Assembly: GCA_002269645.1 (NCBI GenBank)
Contig: NIVC01002512.1
Coordinates: forward strand, 1 to 50,930
DNA: 50,930 nucleotides
Direction: 5' to 3'
Source: Macrostomum lignano
Taxonomy: Eukaryota
Both the position numbers and the translations under genes were made by a program. How positions within the stretch are numbered: position 1 is the first letter of the stretch; the number at the start of each line of letters is the position of its first letter. Below, in pieces: positions 12,661-23,891 of this stretch. Below the pieces are notes generated by a model. The model did no database searches. It was given only the letters and a program-made list of their open reading frames with translations, and had not been told where the DNA came from.

Positions 12661-13364
12661 TGCTGACATTTCGTTGCGTCATATACAGTTCTGACACTGA
12701 ACGCGTGCACAGCAAATTTTTTATAGACGTTAATCCTTTACACGCTTTGAATTCTGTGTTGCTGTTTTTTCTTTGTTTTTGTTCGTCGCTCTTGGTTTGT
12801 GGGTAACCTTGTAAATGCTTGCTAATCATTTCGTGTTTGTACCTGTGTGGCTGTGTTGGCGTTCTTTTTATTCGTTTCATTAGCATTCTTAGCGATGTGC
12901 CATTTGTAGGACACAGATGAACAATTTATTGTTTATTAGTGGCTTCATCTTTTCACTATTTGTTTGTTTGTTGAATAAAAATATTTTCAAATTCTCATCT
13001 CTTGCCACTATTTTTAATAGCTAACACTATTTTGCACAATTTGTTCCGCTCATTTATTACGAGCGTAATATTTTATCTGCACTACTTCTAGTAGAGTTGT
13101 TCAGTCGAATTAGAGATTTTGTTGGAAAGAGTTTCAGAAATTACGAGAAAAAATTAAGAAAACTATCGAACTACTGCGAGTTTCTTGGCCATAGCGAGTG
13201 TGTGCTTCTTCTGAGAGAGTTTCTACTTTTGACTCAGTTTTTATTGATGCTCACGCTGTTCTGCGTGTCTCTGTGTAGCCTTGTACCAAATCTGTTTTTG
13301 ATTTTTCTATTTTTGGTGCGCTCTCGCGTATTCTGAAACTGCGGTCTTGCTGATTGGCTGGGTA

Positions 13365-15105
13365 TCCTGCCTGTCCCTCTCTTGTCTCTCCCTCCCTTGT
13401 CTGTCCTTCCCTTGTCTGTCCTTCCCTTGTCTGTCCTTCCCTTGTCTGTCCTTCCCTTGTCTGTCCTTCCCTTGTCTGTCCTTCCCTTGTCTGTCCTTCC
13501 CTTGTCTGTCCTTCCCTTGTCTGTCTCCCCCTTGTCTGTCCTTCCCTTGTCTGTCCCTATCTTTTCTGTCTCTCCCTTGTCGTCTGTCCTTCCCTTGTCT
13601 GTCCCTCCCTTGTCTGTCTCCCCCTTGTCTGTCCCTCCCTTGTCTGTCTCCCCCTTGTCTGTCCCTCCCTTGTCTGTCCCTCCCTTGTCTGTCTCCCCCT
13701 TGTCTGTCCCTCCCTTGTCTGTCTCTCCCTTGTCGTCTGTCCTTCCCTTGTCGTCTGTCCTTCCCTTGTCTGTCTCCCCCTTGTCTGTCCCTCCCTTGTC
13801 TGTCTCTCCCTTGTCGTCTGTCCTTCCCTTGTCGTCTGTCCTTCCCTTGTCTGTCTCCCCCTTGTCTGTCCCTCCCTTGTCTGTCTCTCCCTTGTCGTCT
13901 GTCCTTCCCTTGTCTGTCTCCCCCTTGTCGTCTGTCCTTCCCTTGTCTGTCTCCCCTTGTCTGTCCCTCCCTTGTCTGTCTCTCCCTTGTCGTCTGTCCT
14001 TCCCTTGTCTGTCTCCCCCTTGTCTGTCCCTCCCTTGTCTGTCTCTCCCTTGTCGTCTGTCCTTCCCTTGTCTGTCTCCCCCTTGTCTGTCCCTCCCTTG
14101 TCTGTCTCCCCCTTGTCTGTCCCTCCCTTGTCTGTCCCTCCTTGTCTGTCCCTCCCTTGTCTGTCTCCCCCTTGTCTGCCCCTCCCTTGTCTGTCCCTCC
14201 CTTGTCTGTCTCCCCCTTGTCTGTCCCTCCCTTGTCTGTCTCTCCCTTGTCGTCTGTCCTTCCCTTGTCGTCTGTCCTTCCCTTGTCTGTCTCCCCCTTG
14301 TCTGTCCCTCCCTTGTCTGTCTCTCCCTTGTCGTCTGTCCTTCCCTTGTCGTCTGTCCTTCCCTTGTCTGTCTCCCCCTTGTCTGTCCCTCCCTTGTCTG
14401 TCTCTCCCTTGTCGTCTGTCCTTCCCTTGTCGTCTGTCCTTCCCTTGTCTGTCTCCCCCTTGTCTGTCCCTCCCTTGTCTGTCTCTCCCTTGTCGTCTGT
14501 CCTTCCCTTGTCTGTCTCCCCCTTGTCGTCTGTCCTTCCCTTGTCTGTCTCCCCCTTGTCTGTCCCTCCCTTGTCTGTCTCTCCCTTGTCGTCTGTCCTT
14601 CCCTTGTCTGTCTCCCCCTTGTCTGTCCCTCCCTTGTCTGTCTCTCCCTTGTCGTCTGTCCTTCCCTTGTCTGTCTCCCCCTTGTCTGTCCCTCCCTTGT
14701 CTGTCTCCCCCTTGTCTGTCCCTCCCTTGTCTGTCCCTCCTTGTCTGTCCCTCCCTTGTCTGTCTCCCCCTTGTCTGTCCCTCCCTTGTCTGTCCCCCCT
14801 TGTCTGCCCCTCCCTTGTCTGTCTCCCCCTTGTCTGTCCCTCCCTTGTCTGTCTCCCCCTTGTCTGTCCCTCCCTTGTCTGTCTCCCCCTTGTCTGCCCC
14901 TCCCTTGTCTGTCCCTCCCTTGTCTGTCCCTCCCTTATCTGTCTCCCCCTTGTCTGTCCCTCCCTTGTCTGTCTCCCCCTTGTCTGCCCCTCCCTTGTCT
15001 GTCCCTCCCTTGTCTGTCCCTATCTTTTCTGTCCCTCCCTTGTCTGTCCCTCCCTTGTCTGTCCTTCCCTTGTCTGCCCCTCCCTTGTCTGTCCCTCCCT
15101 TGTCG
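13365..15105. repeat. Pyrimidine-rich minisatellite (CCCTTGTCTGTCYYT, 15/18-bp units)
   Basis: Tandem array; explains the 566-614-aa low-complexity ORFs. Confidence 0.95.
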
Positions 15106-15520
15106 CCATTCGCAAGCCACTGACCAGAGCTGCCATAAAAGTTCCTCGTGTCAAGCTGGATTGCCGGTTTGCTAAAATTTCCCAAATTTGACTTCTCGTT
15201 ACTGTTTTGTGTTTTTGACCTGTCTGCTAAACGCCTGTCAGAATTCTGTTGCATCATATTCTATTTATTTTTTTCTTGGCGCAAATGGATTTTCGAAATT
15301 TTTTACGAGAAAATTAATTAAACTTTTTAATCTTATTTGATTGTTTGGTTTCTTTTTTAATACTACTGTTAGTAAGCGATTTGATCAGTTGCGGCATATG
15401 TAAACTATCGGCGCTTATCTGTCTGTCTATACAATGTCCTGTTTCGTTTTACATCAGATATTTGTGAAGCTTTTGCACCAAAATTAAATAAATTCTTTGG
15501 CGTGCAGAATGTTTGTTATA

Positions 15521-17798
15521 CACCATTTTACCCTCACTTTTGAGCAGACTCCGTTTCACTTTGGACAGTCGGAACTTCAGTTTAGAAACTTTTAGACTGG
15601 AGCCCCGAATCTACATTCACTATCGACAAACTCCGTTTCAGTATCGACAGCTAAGTTTTGTGGTGCTACACTTCTATCTATTTACATAGGCAAGTAAGAA
15701 AACGCACATCCAGATCAAGGCGAAACTCCCTTTCACTTTCGACAAACGCCACTTCTCCTTAAACAGTCTATGGTCTAAGCTGCTGAAACTCCGTTTCACT
15801 TTAGTCAACCAACATTCAAGATAGACAAGATACATTCACTTTAGACATGAACTCACACGGGAGGTGTGCAAAGGTTTATTAAGCATGTTCATGGAAATTT
15901 CCAAGGTTTAAAACTTTCATTGTAACAGAAGATGGCGTGCATGGAGGATTTTTTATCAATAAACAGTTAGCTTGGCTGCCTAATTTAAAAGGCATTTGAG
16001 AATTCAGGACTTCCGAAAAATGTTTGTTTAACAGCGTCGTGATTAAAACGGCAAAGCCAACAGAAGCGAAGCGATAGTTCAGCGATGGGTTCTGATTTCC
16101 ATTAGCCATCAATTGGCTGAGACGCCAAGCACCGTGGCAGATACCTGAAGCAATGGCTGAGCCACCGTGCCACCTTCTCTATAGTGATGCAGTCGGCGGT
16201 GCCGTCCACCTCACGAAGTAGAATGTCTCGGCGGTACGCCGCCAGGCTGCGACCAGCAAGCTGCTGCTCGGTCGGCCTGATGAAGGAATCTTGATCGCCG
16301 ACAGTCGACGCTTCAGAGCCGCCTTCCAGCATGATATCGCGTTCTCAACTGGGGTGAGAAATGGGCTGTAGGGTGGCAGTCGTCTCACTTCCACAGCGTC
16401 TTCGACCTCGTAGCTTTCGGTGTCATTGTGGCTGCTGACGTTGTCTATGACAACACTGATGCTGCTGTCCGGAAACACGCTGTGGAAGTTGGCGATTGTG
16501 ATTGTGAGAAACTCGCCGAATCTCTCCTTTGTCATGCCGCTGTCGTATGACTGGAAGTGCACGATTCCAGCAGCCGGGCTTACTACCAGGCAGACGGTGA
16601 TGCGCTGTCCCTTCTGTCCAGAAACCTGTTGGTACACGCGCTGTCCACGAAGAGATCGTCCATAGGATCGCCGCATCCATGTGTTGAAGCCAAACTCGTC
16701 AATAAAGATCTTCTCTGTGTCAGATGCTTCGGGCGAGCACATCCACTGAGCAAATTGCTCACGAGCGGCTACAACCCTTGGCGAGTTGCGCTCAGCTGGA
16801 AGATCTCGTGCCAGCTTCGTTGTGAACAGTGCACCGTCGAGTTTTATGCTCAGTGTCTTTTCTGAGACATGCTGCTTCTCAGGAAAAGCTTGTCTGAGCA
16901 TGGTGTTCATCTCTTTCAGAGTCAGCAATGGATTCTGCTCCACGATTGCGCACAAATATTCTTGCATCTCACCATCCCACTTCACGTTCTTGGCTCCGCC
17001 GCACGAAAGCTTCTCCACTCGTCCACTCCTCACAATGGAATATGCGGTCGTTCTCTTGATGCCAAGTTGAGAGGCCAGTAGGATAAAATCTTCGCCCTTC
17101 TGGTAAGCGGAGAGAAGTCGCTGCCTGTCATGGTTGCTCACTGGCTGTCGCTGTTGCGCTGGAGCCTGCTCTTCAAAGTCGCTTTCACTTTCGTCTTCGT
17201 AACCAGGCTCCTCTTCTAGGTACGAATCTTCACTGTACTCCATATTTTTCAGGGCTTGCTTTAGCGAATATCTTTAGCAAATAGGCTTCAGTGTTTGGAG
17301 CGAAGGGAGAGTAGGCTGAGACTTTGGTTCGGAAGTTCGGAAGGTCTGGCCGGCGACCCTGCCACCCCACACTGTTCAAAGGGGCGAAAAAGGTGTCTTA
17401 AAAGGTATCTATGGTCAAAACCCCTCTTTCAGCCAACACTTAGGCGTAAACAAATGACGCATCTAATAATCTGTCTAAAGTGAATGTATCTTGTCTATCT
17501 TGAATGTTGGTTGACTAAAGGGAAACGGAGTTTCAGCAGCTTAGACCATAGACTATTTAAGGAGAAGTGGCGTTTGTCGAAAGTGAAAGGGAGTTTCGCC
17601 TTGATCTGGATGTGCGTTTTCTTACTTGCCTATGTAAATAGATAGAAGTGTAGCACCACAAAACTTAGCTGTCGATACTGAAACGGAGTTTGTCGATAGT
17701 GAATGTAGATTCGGGGCTCCAGTCTAAAAGTGTCTAAACTGAAGTTCCGACTGTCTAAAGTGAAACGGAATTTGTTCGGGAGTGAGGGTAAAATGGTG
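15521..17798 (-). mobile_element. Tc1/mariner (IS630-like) DNA transposon with 327-bp TIRs and TA target duplication
   Basis: TA|CACCATTTTACCCTCACT (15521-15847) is the reverse complement of 17472-17798 ...AGTGAGGGTAAAATGGTG|TA, with a few mismatches. A transposase lies between the TIRs. Confidence 0.95.
16102..17243 (-). pseudogene. DDE transposase, frameshifted near the C-terminus
   Basis: FIDEFGFN / VVIDNVSSH / LPPYSPFLTPVE triad in ORF 16179-17243. The natural-looking C-terminus (ITIEKVARWLSHCFRYLPRCLASQPIDG*) is in another frame (ORF 16102-16332); the shift is near 16290-16310. Confidence 0.85.
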
Positions 17799-17864
17799 TA
17801 TTAATTTGTTACTATCTCACTTTGTTTATGCTTTGATTGGTTTCAATGCCATGTGTGCTACTCT

Positions 17865-18435
17865 ACCCTCTTCTCTCCCTCCCCTCTCCCCTCTCTTCTC
17901 TCCCCTCTGCCCTCTCTTCTCTCCCTCCCCTCTACCCTCTCTTCTTTCCCTCCCCTCTACCCTCTTCTCTCCCTCCCCTCTACCCTCTCTTCTTTCCCTC
18001 CCCTCTACCCTCTTCTCTGCCTCCCCTCTACCCTCTCTTCTCTCCCCTCTGCCCTCTCTTCTCTCCCTCCCCTCTACCCTCTCTTCTCTCCCCTCTGCCC
18101 TCTCTTCTCTCCCTCCCCTCTACCCTCTCTTCTTTCCCTCCCCTCTACCCTCTCTTCTCTCCCCTCTGCCCTCTTTTCTCTCCCTCCCCTCTACCCTCTT
18201 CTCTCCTCTGCCCTCTCTTCTCTCCCCTCTACTCTCTCTTCTCTCCATCCCCTCTACCCTCTTCTCTCCCTCCCCTCTGCCCTCTCTCCTCTCACCTTCT
18301 GCCCTCTTCTCTCCCTCCCCTCTGCTCTCTTCTCTCCCTCCCCTCTATCCTCTTCTCTCCCTCCCCTCTGCCCTCTCTTCTCTCCCCTTCTTACCTCTTT
18401 AACCCCTCCACCCTCTACCCTCTTCCCTCTCTACC
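17865..18435. repeat. CT-rich minisatellite (CTCTCTTCTCTCCCTCCCCTCTACC-type)
   Basis: Tandem degenerate array. Confidence 0.9.
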
Positions 18436-18539
18436 CATTCACCTACAAGTAGAACACTGTGCACTCTACTAAGTAAGTAGTATAAGCGGAGCTATTGCGC
18501 CTTAAAGAATGAACGCTACCGACGCGCCGCTCAAACTTG

Positions 18540-19001
18540 ATGCCGCTGCTTCAGCAAGACGCATCGGAGAGTCCTGCCGCGGACCTGCTGACCGCCATTG
18601 CCGCCGTGCGGGTGAGCTCGGTGCTGAACAGGAACAACTCCGAGTTCGGCAAGCGGCACCTCACCGATCGCAATCCCGAGACCTGCTGGAACTCCGATCA
18701 GGGCGCCGGGCAGTGGATTGAGCTGGCCCTGGCCCGGCCCTCCCGGCTGCTCAGCCTGCAGCTGCAGTTTCAGGGCGGCTTCTCCGCCACCCGCTGCCTG
18801 GTGGCCGCTCTTCCAGGCGATGGCGAGCCTCAACTGCTGGCGGACGCCCGCCTCTCCGACTCCAGCCAGTTGCAGTCGCTGAACTTGGCGCCGGGCGCGC
18901 CGCCCGTGCGCGACCGGATTCGACTCACTTTCTTAGAAACTGCCGATCCTTTTGGCCGGGTGACAGTCTACCAGCTGGGGGGCACCGTGCTCCCGTGCTG
19001 A
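18540..19001 (+). CDS. NR2C2AP: Nuclear receptor 2C2-associated protein (discoidin-like fold), single exon
   Basis: VRVSSVLNRNNSEFGKRHL..ETCWNSDQG..QW..LQFQGGFS..DPFGRVTVY matches the NR2C2AP family as I recall it. ATG is at 18540; the ORF track starts at an upstream TTG. Confidence 0.9.
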   Translation: MPLLQQDASESPAADLLTAIAAVRVSSVLNRNNSEFGKRHLTDRNPETCWNSDQGAGQWIELALARPSRLLSLQLQFQGGFSATRCLVAALPGDGEPQLLADARLSDSSQLQSLNLAPGAPPVRDRIRLTFLETADPFGRVTVYQLGGTVLPC

Positions 19002-19011
19002 CTCACACGCC

Positions 19012-21198
19012 TTAGCTAATGATCCCAAATCCCTTAGCTAATGATCCCAAACCCCTTAGCTAATGATCCCAAACCCCTTAGCTAATGATCCCAAATCCCT
19101 TAGCTAATGATCCCAAATCCCTTAGCTAATGATCCCAAATCCCTTAGCTAAGCATCCCAAATCCCTTAGCTAATGATCCCAAATCCCTTTGCTAAGCATC
19201 CCAAATCCCTTAGCTAAGCATCCCAAATCCCTTAGCTAATGATCCCAAATCCCTTAGCTAAGCATCCCAAATCCCTTAGCTAAGCATCCCAAATCCCTTA
19301 GCAAAACATCCCAAATCTCTTAGCAAAGCATCCCAAATCCCTTAGCTAAGCATCCCAAATCCCTTAGCTAATGATCCCAAATCCCTTTGCTAAGCATCCC
19401 AAATCCCTTAGCTAAGCATCCCAAATCCCTTAGCAAAACATCCCAAATCTCTTAGCAAAGCATCCCAAATCCCTTAGCTAAGCATCCCAAATCCCTTAGC
19501 TAATGATCCCAAATCCCTTAGCTAAGCATCCCAAATCCCTTAGCTAAGCATCCCAAATCCCTTAGCTAATGATCCCAAATCCCTTAGCAAAGCATCCCAA
19601 ATCCCTTAACAAAGCATCCCAAATCCCTTAGCTAATGATCCCAAATCCCTTAGCTAAGCATCCCAAATCCCTTAGCAAAGCATCCCAAATCCCTTAGCAA
19701 AGCATCCCAAATCCCTTAGCTAATGATCCCAAATCCCTTAGCTAAGCATCCCAAATCCCTTAGCTAAGCATCCCATATCCCTTAGCAAAGCATCCTAAAT
19801 CCCTTAGCTAATGATCCCAAATCCCTTAGCTAAGCATCCCAAATCCCTTAGCTAAGCATCCCAAATCCCTTAGCAAAGCATCCCAAATCCCTTAGCAAAG
19901 CATCCCAAATCCCTTAGCTAATTATCCCAAATCCCTTAGCTAAGCATCCCAAATCCCTTAGCTAAGCATCCCATATCCCTTAGCAAAGCATCCCAAATCC
20001 CTTAGCTAAGCATCCCAAATCCCTTAGCAAAGCATCCCAAATCCCTTAGCTAATGATCCCAAACCCCTTAGCTAATGATCCCAAACCCCTTAGCTAATGA
20101 TCCCAAATCCCTTAGCTAATGATCCCAAATCCCTTAGCTAATGATCCCAAATCCCTTAGCTAAGCATCCCAAATCCCTTAGCTAATGATCCCAAATCCCT
20201 TTGCTAAGCATCCCAAATCCCTTAGCTAAGCATCCCAAATCCCTTAGCTAATGATCCCAAATCCCTTAGCTAAGCATCCCAAATCCCTTAGCTAAGCATC
20301 CCAAATCCCTTAGCAAAACATCCCAAATCTCTTAGCAAAGCATCCCAAATCCCTTAGCTAAGCATCCCAAATCCCTTAGCTAATGATCCCAAATCCCTTT
20401 GCTAAGCATCCCAAATCCCTTAGCTAAGCATCCCAAATCCCTTAGCAAAACATCCCAAATCTCTTAGCAAAGCATCCCAAATCCCTTAGCTAAGCATCCC
20501 AAATCCCTTAGCTAATGATCCCAAATCCCTTAGCTAAGCATCCCAAATCCCTTAGCTAAGCATCCCAAATCCCTTAGCTAATGATCCCAAATCCCTTAGC
20601 AAAGCATCCCAAATCCCTTAACAAAGCATCCCAAATCCCTTAGCTAATGATCCCAAATCCCTTAGCTAAGCATCCCAAATCCCTTAGCAAAGCATCCCAA
20701 ATCCCTTAGCAAAGCATCCCAAATCCCTTAGCTAATGATCCCAAATCCCTTAGCTAAGCATCCCAAATCCCTTAGCTAAGCATCCCATATCCCTTAGCAA
20801 AGCATCCTAAATCCCTTAGCTAATGATCCCAAATCCCTTAGCTAAGCATCCCAAATCCCTTAGCTAAGCATCCCAAATCCCTTAGCAAAGCATCCCAAAT
20901 CCCTTAGCAAAGCATCCCAAATCCCTTAGCTAATTATCCCAAATCCCTTAGCTAAGCATCCCAAATCCCTTAGCTAAGCATCCCATATCCCTTAGCAAAG
21001 CATCCCAAATCCCTTAGCTAAGCATCCCAAATCCCTTAGCAAAGCATCCCAAATCCCTTAGCTAATGATCCCAAATCCCTTAGCTAAGCATCCCAAATCC
21101 CTTAGCTAAGCATCCCAAATCCCTTAGCTAAGCATCCCAAATCCCTTAGCAAAGCATCCCAAATCCCTTAGCTAAGCATCCCAAATCCCTTAGCTGAG
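19012..21198. repeat. 22-bp satellite (ATCCCAAATCCCTTAGCTAAGC / ...CTAATG) with a 1012-bp higher-order duplication
   Basis: About 100 units. Rare variants recur at offset 1012 (e.g. CATCCTAAAT at 19791 and 20803). Confidence 0.95.
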
Positions 21199-21428
21199 CA
21201 TGGTGACACTTTAGTTCCTTGGCACCAGTTGCCAGCAGTTGAAATGCGAAGTCTTTTGTCAAGTAGTTATGTACGCCTGTGCCATGAAATATATTTTATG
21301 AATTTTATCATTGGAGCGAGGTATTCATGCCTCGCTGTATTTTACAGACATGTATCATCACTGTACTGAGCGTAAAATGAACGAAATCACCACGTATTTT
21401 TACGTTATCTCAATGAGTGACGGACAGT

Positions 21429-21778
21429 GGCCGTAGCCCAGTGGTCTAGCGCAGGCTCTGGTGTGCCAGCGGTCCAGGCTCGATTCCAAGTGCAGTCACG
21501 TTAATTTGGGGCTAAATTGGATTCTCGGCTTGGCTCTGCTCGTGCAATCAACGCCCTTGAGGGCCAACCCCCAAGGCACGGTGAAGTGTACTTGCCTAAC
21601 GATAAAATAAAGTTAGGGCCGCTGTCCACTCCTTGCACTTGCGCTTGCGCTTGTGAGCCTACTCAGGGGAGTCTGCGGAATGGGCAGTAATGCCTCTCGC
21701 CGGTTGTGTGCCTATGTCGCTTAAAGTGCGCCAAGGTGCACACAACGGCCCTGCCTCTTCTACCTCTAATAAATAAAT
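21429..21778 (+). mobile_element. Probable tRNA-derived SINE
   Basis: Pol III A-box TAGCCCAGTGG (21434) and B-box-like GGCTCGATTCC (21477), a GC-rich body and an AATAAATAAAT tail. Confidence 0.65.
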
Positions 21779-21807
21779 GAGTTAGGGAATGAGGATACGC
21801 TTGAGTC

Positions 21808-23137
21808 TGAAAATTGGATTGGATGGGGTCAGGCAATTGGGTTGGATGGGGTCAGGCAATTGGATTGGATGGGTCAGGCAATTGGGTTGGATGGGGTCAA
21901 GCAATTGGGTTGGATGGGGTCAGGCAATTGGATTGAATGTGGTCAGGCAATTGGATTGGATGGGGTCAGGCAATTGGATTGAATGTTGTCAGGCAATTGG
22001 ATTGGATGGGGTCAGGCAATTGGGTTGGATGGGGTCAAGCAATTTGGCTGGATGGGGTCAGGCAATTTGGCAGGATGGGGTCAGGCAATTGGGTTTGATG
22101 GGGTCAGGCAATTGGATTGGATGGGGTCAGGCAATTGGATTGAATGTGGTCAGGCAATTGGATTGGATGGGGTCAGGCAATTTGGCTGGATGGGGTCAGG
22201 CAATTTGGCTGGATGGGGTCAGGCAATTTGGCTGGATGGGGTCAGGCAATTGGGTTGGATGGGGTCAGGCAATTGGATTGGATGGGGTCAGGCAATTGGA
22301 TTGGATGGGGTCAGGCAATTGGGTTGGATGGGGTCAGGCAATTGGATTGAATGTGGTCAGGCAATTGGATTGGATGGGGTCAGGCAATTGGATTGAATGT
22401 GGTCAGGCAATTGGATTGGATGGGGTCAGGCAATTGGATTGGATGGGTCAGGCAATTGGGTTGGATGGGGTCAAGCAATTGGGTTGGATGGGGTCAGGCA
22501 ATTGGGTTGGATGGGGTCAAGCAATTGGGTTGGATGGGGTCAGGCAATTGGGTTGGATGGGGTCAGGCAATTGGATTGGATGTGGTCAGGCAATTGGATT
22601 GAATGTGGTCAGGCAATTGGGTTGGATGGGGTCAGGCAATTTGGCTGGATGGGGTCAGGCAATTTGGCTGGATGGGGTCAGGCAATTGGGTTGGATGGGG
22701 TCAAGCAATTGGATTGGATGGGGTCAGGCAATTGGGTTGGATGGGGTCAGGCAATTGGATTGAATGTGGTCAGGCAATTGGATTAGATGGGGTCAGGCAA
22801 TTGGGTTGGATGGGGTCAGGCAATTTGGCTGAATGGGGTCAGGCAATTTGGCTGGATGGGGTCAGGCAATTTGGCTGGATGGGGTCAGGCAATTGGATTG
22901 GATGGGGTCAGGCAATTTGGCTGGATGGGGTCAGGCAATTTGGCTCGATGGGGTCAGGCAATTGGATTGGATGGGGTCAGGCAATTGGATTGAATGTGGT
23001 CAGGCAATTGGATTGGATGGGGTCAGGCAATTGGGTTGGATGGGGTCAGGCAATTTGGCTGGATGGGGTCAGGCAATTTGGCTGGATGGGGTCAGGCAAT
23101 TGGGTTGGATGGGGTCAGGCAATTGGATTGGATGGGG
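21808..23137. repeat. 23-bp G-rich minisatellite (GGGGTCAGGCAATTGGATTGGAT), left of the Polinton
   Basis: Tandem array interrupted by the Polinton. Confidence 0.95.
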
Positions 23138-23473
23138 AGTAGTAGGGAAAAAGACGCTTCTAGACCCAGAGCACTTTTTTAACAGCCGTTTTAAGGGTCT
23201 AGAGGGGGGACACGAGGGGGAAATAAAAAAACACATCTAAACACCCTCCAAAACAAAAACACATCTAAAAACCCCCTAATAACAAAAATCAATAAAAATC
23301 ATTCCAACACTTCCCAACACTTCCCCTCGCGTCCCCTCGCGTCCCCCCTCTTAAGACCTTACAAACGGCCATTAAAATAAGGTCTGATCTAGAAGCGTCT
23401 TTTTCTCCACTACTACTCTATAACCCGTCGCCCGCGCCGCAGGCGCGAAGGGTCTTTTTCTGTTACTAAAAAT
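23138..23473 (+). repeat. Polinton left TIR (336 bp)
   Basis: Reverse complement of 40722-41047 except one extra 10-bp unit (TCCCCTCGCG) and two 1-bp indels. Confidence 0.95.
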
Positions 23474-23483
23474 AGAACAAAAA

Positions 23484-23870
23484 ATGACACATGTTACTAA
23501 TATGCAAAATCTGAATGAATTACAGGTAGGAGACCCAGTTGAATACCGAGGTGAGGGGCTTTTTGATGTGGTAGGAACAGCAGCAAATTTTGTTAAAGAC
23601 AATATGGGTCTTATAGGGCAAGCAGGCTCCGCAGCAGGTTCCATAACAAATGCTGTAAAAGGAGGAATTGAAGCAGCGAAAGCAGCAGAAGAACTAAAGA
23701 AATTGAGAGAATTTAACGACACCCTCTCACAAATAAATGCAATAAAAGATTTAAAGCTGGCACAAGCCGCACAACCAACAGAAACCCCCGCGAAAACCAC
23801 GCCAATAAGTAATAAAGATATTCAGGATTTTAATAAAATGTTAACCACAATTAAAGGTGGAAAGGATTAA
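23484..23870 (+). CDS. Polinton protein of unknown function (Gly/Ala-rich amphipathic; possible virion core protein)
   Basis: 128-aa ORF with AAAAAATG start, directly after the TIR. Confidence 0.7.
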   Translation: MTHVTNMQNLNELQVGDPVEYRGEGLFDVVGTAANFVKDNMGLIGQAGSAAGSITNAVKGGIEAAKAAEELKKLREFNDTLSQINAIKDLKLAQAAQPTETPAKTTPISNKDIQDFNKMLTTIKGGKD

Positions 23871-23891
23871 AAAAATTTTAACAATATAAAA

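Noticed and set aside
12660-13360. Possible retroelement or gene fragment (ORFs 12125-12886 minus and 13097-13336 plus)
   Set aside because: No recognisable motif or splice structure; cannot be supported.
6076-15257. Many long low-complexity ORFs (up to 614 aa) on both strands
   Set aside because: They are translations of minisatellites, open in several frames at once, with no domain content.
5783-19001. Functional linkage between the nuclear receptor and NR2C2AP
   Set aside because: NR2C2AP is named for TR4 (NR2C2), while the receptor here is ERR-like; nothing beyond proximity supports a link.
21429-21500. tRNA gene
   Set aside because: A/B boxes are present, but I cannot draw a clean cloverleaf or acceptor stem, and it continues into a SINE-like body.
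19012-23137. Possible CRISPR arrays
   Set aside because: Units are head-to-tail with no unique spacers, there are no cas genes, and the context is eukaryotic.
21789-23240. Trp/Gly-rich ORFs here and at 41062-42551
   Set aside because: Products of the 23-bp array; the frame rotates with each unit.
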